This document shows positions 9,427 through 18,468 of a stretch of DNA of 64,000 nt, one piece after another. The notes beneath the pieces were generated by a model. That model saw only the letters and a list, made by a program, of their open reading frames with translations. It had not been told where the DNA came from and ran no database searches. The position numbers were made by a program, and so were the translations under genes. Each line of letters starts with the position of its first letter. Position 1 is the stretch's first letter. Location of the stretch: the sequence record PQ741806.1. One strand, written 5' to 3'.

Positions 9427-9449
9427 AGGGACTCTCATTAAGAGTCCCT
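9427..9449. terminator. Hairpin AGGGACTCT-CATTA-AGAGTCCCT
   Basis: 9-bp stem after gene stop. Confidence 0.8.
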
Positions 9450-9454
9450 TAATA

Positions 9455-9787
9455 TTAAACGAATAATAATTCCAGTACTAATACTGGAAATTTATGCCGA
9501 TATTGTGGATGTACATACGTATGAAATTTATGTGTACCTAAATGGAATTCAACGTATAGTACAATAAAATCTTTAGCTGCATTTCGATCATGTACGTAAA
9601 TAGTGAGTATTTCACCATCATCATCTTTCTTACGTCCATAATCAAAATAGTAATTTTTATTATCAGCTATCCCTTCAGCATTTAATTGAATGCCTCTTAC
9701 ATCGACAACATTTAAACTAGAATCTTCATCAAATAAAGATCTAGTGCTGCCATGGTAAACCATTAATGGATCTAATTGAATCTGCAT
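9455..9787 (-). CDS. Hypothetical protein (110 aa)
   Basis: GAGGA RBS. Confidence 0.8.
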   Translation of the reverse strand: MQIQLDPLMVYHGSTRSLFDEDSSLNVVDVRGIQLNAEGIADNKNYYFDYGRKKDDDGEILTIYVHDRNAAKDFIVLYVEFHLGTHKFHTYVHPQYRHKFPVLVLELLFV

Positions 9788-9807
9788 GTGTCAGTCCTCT
9801 ACTATGT

Positions 9808-9827
9808 AGTGAGGCACATGCCTCACT
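9808..9827. terminator. Hairpin AGTGAGGC-ACAT-GCCTCACT
   Basis: 8-bp intergenic stem. Confidence 0.65.
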
Positions 9828-9855
9828 TATATTGTTTTAATTTTCATATTAATGA

Positions 9856-10203
9856 TCAATTAAAGTTAACAGTGCTATAAGCTTTGCCTAAAGCTGTAAA
9901 TAGTTCTTCATTAAGTTCATCAAATTCTAACCAACCATTCATTTCACCTAAGATAGTTTTAACAATCGTAAGATTAACAATCTCAGAGCTAGGAATGATA
10001 TCTCGAATTCGCTCATGGAAATTAACTACTTGTTGAATACTTACTTTAGTATCATTGACTGAGATATCATCATCAGTTAACTTATTAATAGCCATCATTG
10101 CTATACGTGAGAATAGATCAGTATGTTCTTCCTTAACAATTTCCCATGCTGCATTAAAGGAGTCAAGAACATCTAGATCATCAGAATTTAGTTGCTTTTG
10201 CAT
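9856..10203 (-). CDS. Hypothetical helical protein (115 aa)
   Basis: GAGG RBS. Confidence 0.8.
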   Translation of the reverse strand: MQKQLNSDDLDVLDSFNAAWEIVKEEHTDLFSRIAMMAINKLTDDDISVNDTKVSIQQVVNFHERIRDIIPSSEIVNLTIVKTILGEMNGWLEFDELNEELFTALGKAYSTVNFN

Positions 10204-10305
10204 TTTAACCTCTTAAACATTATAACACATATACCCCACAACATAAGTCATGGAGTATATGCCTCGAAAGGTACGTAATAGAAATACTACTACATAGTAT
10301 TGTAT

Positions 10306-10776
10306 TTACTCATTAATAACAGATACTTTGTTATTCTCAGCTTTATTTTTAGCCGATAGGGCTAAATAGAGACAACTATACCAAGTGAAGTAGTCTCTTG
10401 GGAAATAACCCTTTAAAAAAGTAGCCATATTTTTAGCACACGCTTTATTAATATTCTTATTAATGATTTTCCTCTCATTCATTATTTTACAAGCTAACAA
10501 TGAATAATGTAGTTGATTATTAGTACTTAGGTCTTCAAGGAATAGTTCTTTCACTGCTTGTGGCTTAGAACTTAGACACATTATAATTTCTTGAACAATA
10601 TAGTCATTCGTCACTGAATGAATGAGTTCAAGATAGAGTGAAAGATTAATCGAATACAGATCTTGTTTATTATTGAAAATGTATCCATTTCTATCTAATG
10701 TAACTAATTTCTTATATGTGGGAGACATCTTTTCATTAACTATTTTATAAAAAAGACTAATCACTAATTTAATCAT
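10306..10776 (-). CDS. Hypothetical protein (156 aa)
   Basis: ATGA-type coupling to upstream gene. Confidence 0.75.
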   Translation of the reverse strand: MIKLVISLFYKIVNEKMSPTYKKLVTLDRNGYIFNNKQDLYSINLSLYLELIHSVTNDYIVQEIIMCLSSKPQAVKELFLEDLSTNNQLHYSLLACKIMNERKIINKNINKACAKNMATFLKGYFPRDYFTWYSCLYLALSAKNKAENNKVSVINE

Positions 10777-11906
10777 TTTAATAAACTTCCATCTACTCTA
10801 TAAAAACCATGGACATCACGTTTACCATTTAGACTAGGTATCTCATATGGATCAGTTGATGGATTTATCAGTTTGATTTTGCATTTATCTAAACGATCAC
10901 GCAAGCTGATATTACCAGATAATGTTAAACCACGATACTGAATATCGATATTATCTAAATCAACAATGAGCGTACTAAGCTCCCCATTTGTTAAGTATGG
11001 TACCACAACCGAGTCAATTACTTTTGCAATTGTCTTAGCTTCAATATGTATCCAGTTTCCAATATGATTAGCAATCTCTGGAAACTTATCTAGATCTAAT
11101 ATGATACTATAGTCACACCTAATTTTGATAATTCCATTACTTGACCAATAATGCATTGCACTATTTATACCACCTAAATGATTCTCCATAGGTGTGAACT
11201 TTAGCCGTCCATTGAAATCTATAAGCACTTTTGAGTTATTACATGTATCAACTATTCTTGACTGATACATAAACATATTAAGTAGTTTTCTATTGATGGC
11301 CACAGTTGTACCATTAGTTAGTTCAACTACGACGATATCACCATCTGCTTCATAAGACTCTACAATTAGAGTTATTGGGTTACTATCAAATTTGGAATTA
11401 TTAGATAACCCACCCATCACAATCTTGTAATTACTATTAACTGATTTAACTTGATCTATTAAAGATGGATCAATGAAATCCTTAGTGAGTGGTTTTGATG
11501 TGAAAATTACAGCCACATTTAGATCACTATTGATTGGTGTATTTACAGGTATGTATTGTTCATTAGAGAAATAGAATAATTTAAGATCTTCTATATCAGT
11601 TAGATTAATAATATCTAATGAATTATTAGTTACTTTATACATGAATGAATCAAAATTTTGTTCAACAAAATAAATCATCCATGTCTTAGTTTCTTTGGTA
11701 TAATAACCCCATACTAAACTTCGATCATGTAATTTCCCAGATAGCATTCCTGTGAAATAACCTGACAGAATATCAATTTGATCAACATCTACATTTTCTC
11801 TGATGTATTTATCATTTAGATTAGCTATCTTTTGTTCTAATGTATCTACCTTTTTTGGTTTGTTAAAAATATCAATAACATTTTTTAAGTACTTAAACAT
11901 AATCAT
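10773..11906 (-). CDS. Hypothetical protein (377 aa)
   Basis: Long ORF. Confidence 0.85.
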   Translation of the reverse strand: MIMFKYLKNVIDIFNKPKKVDTLEQKIANLNDKYIRENVDVDQIDILSGYFTGMLSGKLHDRSLVWGYYTKETKTWMIYFVEQNFDSFMYKVTNNSLDIINLTDIEDLKLFYFSNEQYIPVNTPINSDLNVAVIFTSKPLTKDFIDPSLIDQVKSVNSNYKIVMGGLSNNSKFDSNPITLIVESYEADGDIVVVELTNGTTVAINRKLLNMFMYQSRIVDTCNNSKVLIDFNGRLKFTPMENHLGGINSAMHYWSSNGIIKIRCDYSIILDLDKFPEIANHIGNWIHIEAKTIAKVIDSVVVPYLTNGELSTLIVDLDNIDIQYRGLTLSGNISLRDRLDKCKIKLINPSTDPYEIPSLNGKRDVHGFYRVDGSLLK

Positions 11907-11955
11907 AAATTACCTTTTGAGTATAAACACGGAATAAAAGCGGTGTACACACCGC

Positions 11956-12255
11956 TTATTGTTCAAATTTGATTTTGATATATCCACCACCAACATTAGG
12001 CTGCTTAGGTCTTAGCCATCCTAGATTAAGATCCATATTCAAAACAAACGTATATGCTGTTACTCCATTTTCATCATCAACACTAATGGAGTGCCATCCA
12101 TCATGATTTTGATCTTTAAGAGAATGGATTTTGGGATATAGTTGATTATGATTCAAATCAAATACTGTAACATCTCCAATTGATCTAATTGGATAACCGC
12201 GAGATCCTAAATGATGGGCTCCTCTGCGGTCCAGTGAAATAATAGCTTCGTTCAC
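11956..12255 (-). CDS. Hypothetical protein (99 aa)
   Basis: GAGG RBS, GTG start, first gene after promoter. Confidence 0.75.
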   Translation of the reverse strand: MNEAIISLDRRGAHHLGSRGYPIRSIGDVTVFDLNHNQLYPKIHSLKDQNHDGWHSISVDDENGVTAYTFVLNMDLNLGWLRPKQPNVGGGYIKIKFEQ

Positions 12256-12299
12256 GATAATTACCTCATGTAGATGTTTCCATTAGTATATGCTAATCT

Positions 12300-12324
12300 A
12301 TAATGTAGATCTCAAATAAAATTT
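12300..12324 (-). promoter_or_regulatory. Early promoter variant
   Basis: Minus strand TTTTATTTGAGATC-TACATTAT; same upstream element as the TATATTAC copies. Confidence 0.6.
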
Positions 12325-12332
12325 AGTGCAAT

Positions 12333-12354
12333 AGCCCTCCCCGAAGGGAGGGCT
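12333..12354. terminator. Hairpin AGCCCTCCC-CGAA-GGGAGGGCT
   Basis: 9-bp stem. Confidence 0.85.
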
Positions 12355-12365
12355 TTATGACAACA

Positions 12366-12596
12366 TTACCGCTTACTCATTATCGCAGCTAGTTCAACTT
12401 TAAATAATGCTTCTTCGACTTTACGAGAAATAGCATTTATTTGAACACGTTTATTATTTTCACGATCTAATGCAATTGTATTTTTTCGTGTACAATAATC
12501 GTGTAAACCCAGTTGTCGCCTAACATAGAAAATAACAATTAATTTCAAAACACGAATATATCTCATAACGCGCTTGAACATTTTATAAATCCTCAA
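12366..12596 (-). CDS. Hypothetical basic protein (76 aa)
   Basis: ORF in operon; start uncertain. Confidence 0.6.
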   Translation of the reverse strand: MRIYKMFKRVMRYIRVLKLIVIFYVRRQLGLHDYCTRKNTIALDRENNKRVQINAISRKVEEALFKVELAAIMSKR

Positions 12597-12600
12597 TAAT

Positions 12601-12792
12601 TTAAGGAATTGCTTTTAAAGCTTCTTCGCGTTCAGCTAAAAGCTTATCATATTGTATTTGTAATCGGTTAATTTCCGCACGAGTTAATTTTGTCTTAGCA
12701 TTAGGTTTCAACTTATGGTTAATATCAACGGTAATACCATGGTACCTAAATAGAGCTTCCATTTTGGCTATTTTCTTTTCAATATCATCCAT
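12601..12792 (-). CDS. Hypothetical protein (63 aa)
   Basis: ORF in operon. Confidence 0.65.
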   Translation of the reverse strand: MDDIEKKIAKMEALFRYHGITVDINHKLKPNAKTKLTRAEINRLQIQYDKLLAEREEALKAIP

Positions 12793-12823
12793 AGCTAAAA
12801 TCCAAAAAAAATAATAATGACTA

Positions 12824-12843
12824 AGGGGACCAGAAGGTCCCCT
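12824..12843. terminator. Hairpin AGGGGACC-AGAA-GGTCCCCT
   Basis: 8-bp stem after stop. Confidence 0.8.
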
Positions 12844-12849
12844 ATATCG

Positions 12850-13326
12850 TTAGGCAGTAATAGCGCGGCGGAAGACTGAATCAAACTCTTCCTGGTATGC
12901 TTTAATCAGCTTTGCAGTTTCTTCACAAATGGTATTATTACCATAAAATGCATCTGCAAAAGATTCTTGCTTACGTACTTCACAACCGAATAGCTCAAGA
13001 CCATTTTTTGCTAGCTCAACTTTGAACTTAGCTAATTCGGTCATACCAATTGGTTTGGCCCGCCCTTCTTCGATACCATTTTCTTTTAGTTTAATATTAT
13101 CACATACACTGCAATGACGAACATCTTTTTGTTTGTTCTTACGGAAGTTAGGACTTGATTTAGTTTGTTTTGCAGCAATGTCCATAAAGGTTTCCCTAGA
13201 ATTTTTACGAACCGCAGCTTCATGATTCTTTTTAGCTCGATTTTTCTGTTTCTTCTGAACCGGCTTCGGCTGTACACCCAGCATTGAACCAAGTTCACTC
13301 CAGGAAGAAATAGTATTGCGTGACAT
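12850..13326 (-). CDS. Basic hypothetical protein with CxxC (158 aa)
   Basis: GGAGA RBS; K/R-rich N-terminal half, HCSVCD. Confidence 0.8.
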   Translation of the reverse strand: MSRNTISSWSELGSMLGVQPKPVQKKQKNRAKKNHEAAVRKNSRETFMDIAAKQTKSSPNFRKNKQKDVRHCSVCDNIKLKENGIEEGRAKPIGMTELAKFKVELAKNGLELFGCEVRKQESFADAFYGNNTICEETAKLIKAYQEEFDSVFRRAITA

Positions 13327-13353
13327 GTATTAGAATCTCCTATATATGTTGAT

Positions 13354-13383
13354 TATATCACATTTGTGATATACTGTTTAAAA
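13354..13383 (-). promoter_or_regulatory. Early promoter variant embedded in a 20-bp palindrome
   Basis: Minus TTTTAAACAG-TATATCAC; palindrome TATATCACA-TT-TGTGATATA 13354-13373. Confidence 0.55.
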
Positions 13384-13416
13384 TGCTTTGAATGTATAAA
13401 CCACTATGTTGGTCAA

Positions 13417-13653
13417 TCATAGATAGAATGGTTCATGAATAACAACCCGATAACGAGTGTTATATTGGTTAATTGGAAACATATGAACAATCTTAAAATG
13501 CAGTTCAGCAACCAAATTAAAGAATTCAGCATGCATGTTATCAGTTGAAATATCAAATGAGATTGTATCATTAACTGCACAAAGTTCTGAATCAGATGCC
13601 TTTGTAATTTCAGTTAGCCGACTGACAAACTTTTCTTGGTTAGGACTAAGCAT
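13417..13653 (-). CDS. Hypothetical protein (78 aa)
   Basis: Coupled to dcd stop. Confidence 0.7.
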   Translation of the reverse strand: MLSPNQEKFVSRLTEITKASDSELCAVNDTISFDISTDNMHAEFFNLVAELHFKIVHMFPINQYNTRYRVVIHEPFYL

Positions 13654-13655
13654 TA

Positions 13656-14225
13656 TTAAAGTCTCGCTGTTGTGATACCAATTTGATTTTGATATTTACC
13701 ATTACGTTTTGCATAACTAACTTCACATGGGGCATCACCTCTAAAGAACATAAACTGAGCAATACCCATATCAGCATAAATTTTTAGAGGTAGTGTAGTG
13801 CAGTTTGCAATCTCAATAACGACTTGTCCTTTGAAACCTGGTTCAATAGGAGTGACATTAACAATTGCACCTAGTCGTGCATAGGTTGATTTACCTGTGC
13901 AAATAGCTAGGACATCATCTGGAATATTAAACGATTCTACAGTATGACCAAGAATATAACTGTTAGGTGGAATAATACAATAATCACCAGTCCAATCTAC
14001 TAAGAATCCATCACTAGGGTCTAATGGGTCAATAACTGCACTTGTTACATTAGAAAAGATCTTAAAATTACGGGCTAGCCTTACATCGTACCCATATGAA
14101 CTAAGCCCATAACTAATAATCTTTTTACCATCTTTTTCACGGACCTGGTGACCAATGAAATCCGTAATCATTGGTTCACGACCTTTAGATAAGTCAGTGA
14201 TTGTTTTATCAGATAGAATAGCCAT
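13656..14225 (-). CDS. dcd: dCTP deaminase
   Basis: ISYGLSSYGYDVRL, GKSTYARLG, TPIEPGFKG, terminal YxxRxGKYQxQ motifs. Confidence 0.95.
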   Translation of the reverse strand: MAILSDKTITDLSKGREPMITDFIGHQVREKDGKKIISYGLSSYGYDVRLARNFKIFSNVTSAVIDPLDPSDGFLVDWTGDYCIIPPNSYILGHTVESFNIPDDVLAICTGKSTYARLGAIVNVTPIEPGFKGQVVIEIANCTTLPLKIYADMGIAQFMFFRGDAPCEVSYAKRNGKYQNQIGITTARL

Positions 14226-14248
14226 TTTTAACTTTTCCTGTTAAGTAA

Positions 14249-14833
14249 TCATCCCCAGAATCGGGCGATGAAGTGAACACACTCCATCTTTTTAGTTTCT
14301 TCCAGGAACTTGAAATAACCATCATCCACACCATTGCTCAAAAATAGTTGGCGATAGGTTTTTTCCGAAATGACTTCACCATTAACATCTTGATCGAACA
14401 TCGTTGGCTTCTGATCATAATCGAAGTTCCAGAGGTCTTCCATATTGAAGATCATTGTAAGTGGGTACCAACCATCTTCACTATAATAGGCGTACGGTGT
14501 TAGATTGTCCTGTTTGGAATTGACAATTTGTGAAAGGCGACCTTCAAAGTTGTTCCATACTGGATGCGAGTCATCACTGACGAGTGTACCAAATCCACAG
14601 CCTTTAAGAGTCGGTCGACAGAATCGGTTGGTATACTCATTATTATCGGTTAACCAATCCCAAAGATAATAGCAACGGCTAAAGTTAAGAGCCTCGCATG
14701 TATGCATGTCAATGAATTTAAGTACACGTGCACCATCTGAAGAACGTGTGGAACGTTTGGTAACTACAGGGAAAACATCAATACCCATTTTAATCATCCA
14801 TTTAACAGAATTTTTCTTGACCAGGGATTTCAC
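14249..14833 (-). CDS. Hypothetical protein (about 180-194 aa)
   Basis: Long ORF, likely start MGIDV. Confidence 0.8.
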   Translation of the reverse strand: MKSLVKKNSVKWMIKMGIDVFPVVTKRSTRSSDGARVLKFIDMHTCEALNFSRCYYLWDWLTDNNEYTNRFCRPTLKGCGFGTLVSDDSHPVWNNFEGRLSQIVNSKQDNLTPYAYYSEDGWYPLTMIFNMEDLWNFDYDQKPTMFDQDVNGEVISEKTYRQLFLSNGVDDGYFKFLEETKKMECVHFIARFWG

Positions 14834-15146
14834 CGTCCATAACCTCTAGTACCCAACGGCCAGTCATCAACTCACGTGCAACATCACATGCCGCCCCGCC
14901 AATCTTCTCAGCTACTTTGTCCAGCAGAATTGGATGATAGTTGTGATCACCCATTACTGCGAACTTGCTTTCCCGTTCTATTTCAGCAAGTAAATCAGTG
15001 TCAACCCATTCAACACGCCCATCTGGATAGACAATATTAAGACCATACCACTTACAATAGTTTTCGATGGTTACAACTGGAATGTCATAAACACCTTTAA
15101 AACACAGCGGTAACTTACGATCTGAGTAATGAATACGTTCAGTCAT
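14802..15146 (-). CDS. Hypothetical protein (114 aa)
   Basis: Coupled start/stop. Confidence 0.8.
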   Translation of the reverse strand: MTERIHYSDRKLPLCFKGVYDIPVVTIENYCKWYGLNIVYPDGRVEWVDTDLLAEIERESKFAVMGDHNYHPILLDKVAEKIGGAACDVARELMTGRWVLEVMDGEIPGQEKFC

Positions 15147-15562
15147 TTGCCATTCACCAATTCAAAATAATTTTTTAGTAGATCTTCAGTTATTGGACGA
15201 GTATGTTCTTTAATCGATAATTCCTTACTGTCCATTTCAATTTCATATTCAGAAATTTGAAATTGCTTATGTGGCACTGAACCATCTAACATAATGATCA
15301 CATCTGCTAAGACTTGATCCACTGCACATTGCAACAAATTATTAACTTGTTGATTATCAGTAAGTGAGTAATCATTGATGGCTTTATTACGAATGTCATA
15401 TAGCCTTTTACTTAAAGGAGTATTACGTTCAATATGTTCTGTTCGCCACTCTTCTAAAATCTGTTCTGTACTTAGTTTGGATAATGACGATCCGCCAAGT
15501 TTCTTCCTAACTTCATTTTCTGAAAATGGTTTATCATGCCAGAATTGATGATCTTGTTTCAT
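15143..15562 (-). CDS. Hypothetical protein (139 aa)
   Basis: AAGGA RBS. Confidence 0.8.
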   Translation of the reverse strand: MKQDHQFWHDKPFSENEVRKKLGGSSLSKLSTEQILEEWRTEHIERNTPLSKRLYDIRNKAINDYSLTDNQQVNNLLQCAVDQVLADVIIMLDGSVPHKQFQISEYEIEMDSKELSIKEHTRPITEDLLKNYFELVNGK

Positions 15563-15574
15563 AGTAAATCCTTT

Positions 15575-15832
15575 TTATAATTTAGAAATAGGTTTTAATA
15601 CCGTATCTTTTTCATTGAATGGATTATAAACTTTATGCGGATTAATCATCTTTAGTTGCTCATTCTTTCTTTCTAAATAAGCATCTGATGGTTTAATTGT
15701 TTTAGTTTTCCAAAAGTCATCGATTGGTTTTAACTTATCCATTTCTGACTGTTCGTTATCAAAAGGAGTTTCCCGATTTCTTAGTCGGGTCGAATTGAAT
15801 AGGAGTCGTAAACTCCCGTCGTAATTCCTCAT
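15575..15832 (-). CDS. Hypothetical protein; 5' end doubtful (may start at MDKLKP or be a frameshift extension of 15759-15923)
   Basis: Overlaps uncalled upstream ORF in another frame. Confidence 0.5.
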   Translation of the reverse strand: MRNYDGSLRLLFNSTRLRNRETPFDNEQSEMDKLKPIDDFWKTKTIKPSDAYLERKNEQLKMINPHKVYNPFNEKDTVLKPISKL

Positions 15833-15923
15833 CTAAATTCTTCTCTTGAATTAATTTAGGAAAATGTTTTCTAACTGTTTTAATTGAAGCTATTAAATTG
15901 GAATAGGCTTTTTCTATGGACAT
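15759..15923 (-). CDS. Small hypothetical protein (54 aa), missed by track
   Basis: MSIEKAYSNLIASIKTVRKHFPKLIQEKNLDEELRREFTTPIQFDPTKKSGNSF*; same GAGTTATAAAAATG start context as gene at 7807. Confidence 0.65.
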   Translation of the reverse strand: MSIEKAYSNLIASIKTVRKHFPKLIQEKNLDEELRREFTTPIQFDPTKKSGNSF

Positions 15924-15949
15924 TTTTATAACTCAAAATACATTATAAA

Positions 15950-15971
15950 GACAGTGGCTAAAACCACTGTC
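15950..15971. terminator. Hairpin GACAGTGG-CTAAAA-CCACTGTC
   Basis: 8-bp stem overlapping stop of 41-aa ORF, followed by TTT on minus strand. Confidence 0.7.
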
Positions 15972-16083
15972 TAATTATTTCCCATAATGATCCACCTATA
16001 ACTGCACTTAGAAAAAGCATCTTGAATATGGGTGGTTCTTCTTGTTCATGTTGTATGTCTGATTTATTATTTTCGCTAGTCAT
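15958..16083 (-). CDS. Small single-pass membrane protein (41 aa), missed by track
   Basis: MTSENNKSDIQHEQEEPPIFKMLFLSAVIGGSLWEIIRQWF*; fills gap between gene and terminator. Confidence 0.65.
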   Translation of the reverse strand: MTSENNKSDIQHEQEEPPIFKMLFLSAVIGGSLWEIIRQWF

Positions 16084-16094
16084 TTTCTTTTACT

Positions 16095-16463
16095 CTAATA
16101 CCCACCATATTCTCTAATTTTCTCACCATCCCAAAACTCATAACCAGTCATATTGTGATTAAATGGCTTTGTTTTAGTAAACCCACTACGATAAATCCAG
16201 AAATGACCAGTGCCTCTTTTTAAGCGGCACTTATACATTTCTTTTTTCTCATATTCCGTGGGAGGGCTAATTTCTAGAACTTCAAGTTCATCACCCCGTA
16301 TACAGAATAGCGCTGGTGGATGCTCACAGGATGCTTTCATACCGAGAACACCTGTTGACCAAACTGTATCACCTGGCTTAATAATAGTGATGTCATTTGA
16401 TACAGGTATTACAGGAATTGCACACATATTAGATGCTCCAGAGTAATTACCTCCAAAGAGCAA
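16095..16463 (-). CDS. Hypothetical protein (about 110-122 aa)
   Basis: ORF in operon, start may be MCAIP. Confidence 0.75.
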   Translation of the reverse strand: MLFGGNYSGASNMCAIPVIPVSNDITIIKPGDTVWSTGVLGMKASCEHPPALFCIRGDELEVLEISPPTEYEKKEMYKCRLKRGTGHFWIYRSGFTKTKPFNHNMTGYEFWDGEKIREYGGY

Positions 16464-16554
16464 ACACTGATATATTCATAGTCTGCTCTTTAGTAATATT
16501 TAAGAAGTTGGAATACTCATACTGGAGATAAACTAATGTCCATTTATACTAATC

Positions 16555-17157
16555 TCATTGTGTATAATAATTCTTTTTGAGATTATCCATATCGTAAGAA
16601 TCATGTTTGAACTCAAACTTCTTAGCTATCTCACTCGAAAAAGCTTGTTTACGTTTTTCTTCTTGTTCACGGATATCGTAAGGACCATTCTCTTTAACAA
16701 GATATTTTTTATACGGCCCAGTTCCTTGGATATATCCATCAGGAATAATGGTTGTGAGATATTTAGCCTCTACCAACCGGATGCACCGTCCATAACCAAC
16801 TTCATTGGCATGACGAACTTGGATTAGTTGTCTATTCTTGGCAATACGTTCAGATATGCATGGGAAGTAAACCGGATCATCTCCTTTTTTACAGTTACCC
16901 ATATCAACCTTTGCGTACAGAATTTTTCTATGATTGGCTTCGAAGAAAGCCCGAGCTTCACGAATACGTTGGGACCGAATAGCTTCCTTAGTTCTGACAT
17001 TCTTTAGATGTGCAGGTTGTAAAAAAGGATTCATCTTTCGCACGTGACGTTGGATAAGTTTTGTCGTGTAATGAGGTGAATCATTAGCCATAGCCAGTAG
17101 GCTATTGTACATCTCAATCGACATGATTACTTGCTGCGGGTCATTATTGCGCTGCAT
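16555..17157 (-). CDS. Hypothetical basic protein (200 aa)
   Basis: GGAG RBS, long ORF. Confidence 0.8.
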   Translation of the reverse strand: MQRNNDPQQVIMSIEMYNSLLAMANDSPHYTTKLIQRHVRKMNPFLQPAHLKNVRTKEAIRSQRIREARAFFEANHRKILYAKVDMGNCKKGDDPVYFPCISERIAKNRQLIQVRHANEVGYGRCIRLVEAKYLTTIIPDGYIQGTGPYKKYLVKENGPYDIREQEEKRKQAFSSEIAKKFEFKHDSYDMDNLKKNYYTQ

Positions 17158-17264
17158 GCTGATCTCCGTATGTGAAATAATGCTTTACTTTAAGGTCATC
17201 AGGATTATAAATAACACGTTGGAATTCATGTTTCTTCGCTAGTTTAAAAGCAGCTTACTTTTCC

Positions 17265-18365
17265 TTAGAAACCTACACGACTTGCTTTGCGTTGGCTACT
17301 GCAAGAACTAGTATTCAATGCTTCAGCTAAAGTAAGATTATTACCGACAAACTCAACTGGATCTAGACCATTAGCTAAACGAGCTGCATTCGCTTGTTCA
17401 GCAGTAAGTGTTTTGAAGGTAAGAATATCGAAAGCACGGCCAGGTCGAACTAAAGCTTCATCAACATCACGAAGAGTCGGAAGATTAGTAGAAATGATAA
17501 TCTTGGTCTTAGTAGATACTAGACCAGCTGTAGCATTTAATAGCCCTGACATATTACTATTACCATCTACACGTTTAGCCACCATTTTATCAGAGTCTTC
17601 TGTAATAATGAGTGAATTATCCTCAACACCACGAATAAAATTAGTCAAACCGGCGTGGCCAAGTACATCATCTTGATCAGCTAGATACACATTACGATCA
17701 TTATAACCACGAGCCCGAATAATCTCATTGATATAATTAGACTTACCAGTACCAGGAGGACCAATCAATAGTAGAACATTAGATTCAGATGCAGCGAATT
17801 CAGTCCAGATTTCAGCTGGAGATCGATCTAGGAATGGATACATTTCCATCATATTTGGATTGTAGTTACGAACAGAAATAACTTCACTAAAGCTATATAG
17901 TTCATTATTTTGATAGTTAACCCGAATTCTTTTAATACTAGGTGGACGAGTCTGATCAAATACTTCTTCAAAACGTAATTTAAATACTTTGATCAGTTCT
18001 TCATTGGAGTATAATCTAAAGTTCTGACTAGTGGTACCTTCCATTCCATTCATTAGGAAACCAATGATTCCTTCATCATCTAGTAATGCAAAACCACCAC
18101 TAATTCTGAATGCTTTCAGATTTAAAGAGCTTATAACTTCATCACATAGTTTGTAAATTTGTTCTTTGATGAATTCTTTTCTATCAACTCCAAAAGGATA
18201 GTGAATACGTAGATCTTCACTATCTGAACTAATTCCCTGTTCATTAAGAGTATAGCGATATGCATTGGAAATTGCACGGCCATTATCAACCTCCATAGCA
18301 ATGGAGATAAAACGATCAATCCACTTCTGCTGGACTAACGTAAGTTTGCTATTACGATAATTCAT
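17265..18365 (-). CDS. AAA+ ATPase (366 aa)
   Basis: Walker A GPPGTGKS, Walker B IITEDSD, STN sensor, ALVRPGR Arg-finger. Confidence 0.92.
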   Translation of the reverse strand: MNYRNSKLTLVQQKWIDRFISIAMEVDNGRAISNAYRYTLNEQGISSDSEDLRIHYPFGVDRKEFIKEQIYKLCDEVISSLNLKAFRISGGFALLDDEGIIGFLMNGMEGTTSQNFRLYSNEELIKVFKLRFEEVFDQTRPPSIKRIRVNYQNNELYSFSEVISVRNYNPNMMEMYPFLDRSPAEIWTEFAASESNVLLLIGPPGTGKSNYINEIIRARGYNDRNVYLADQDDVLGHAGLTNFIRGVEDNSLIITEDSDKMVAKRVDGNSNMSGLLNATAGLVSTKTKIIISTNLPTLRDVDEALVRPGRAFDILTFKTLTAEQANAARLANGLDPVEFVGNNLTLAEALNTSSCSSQRKASRVGF

Positions 18366-18408
18366 TTGATGTTCCTTTTCTAATTGATAATCTAATTTGA
18401 GACGATAT

Positions 18409-18434
18409 AAACCCTCCTACTAAGAGGAGGGTTT
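18409..18434. terminator. Hairpin AAACCCTCCT-ACTAAG-AGGAGGGTTT
   Basis: 10-bp stem. Confidence 0.8.
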
Positions 18435-18468
18435 ATTTTGGCTATTATAACTAATTCATTTGAGAAAA

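Noticed and set aside
13358-13369. CRP/Vfr site (TCACA and TGTGA half-sites)
   Set aside because: Half-sites are in the wrong order with 2-bp spacing; consensus is TGTGA-N6-TCACA.
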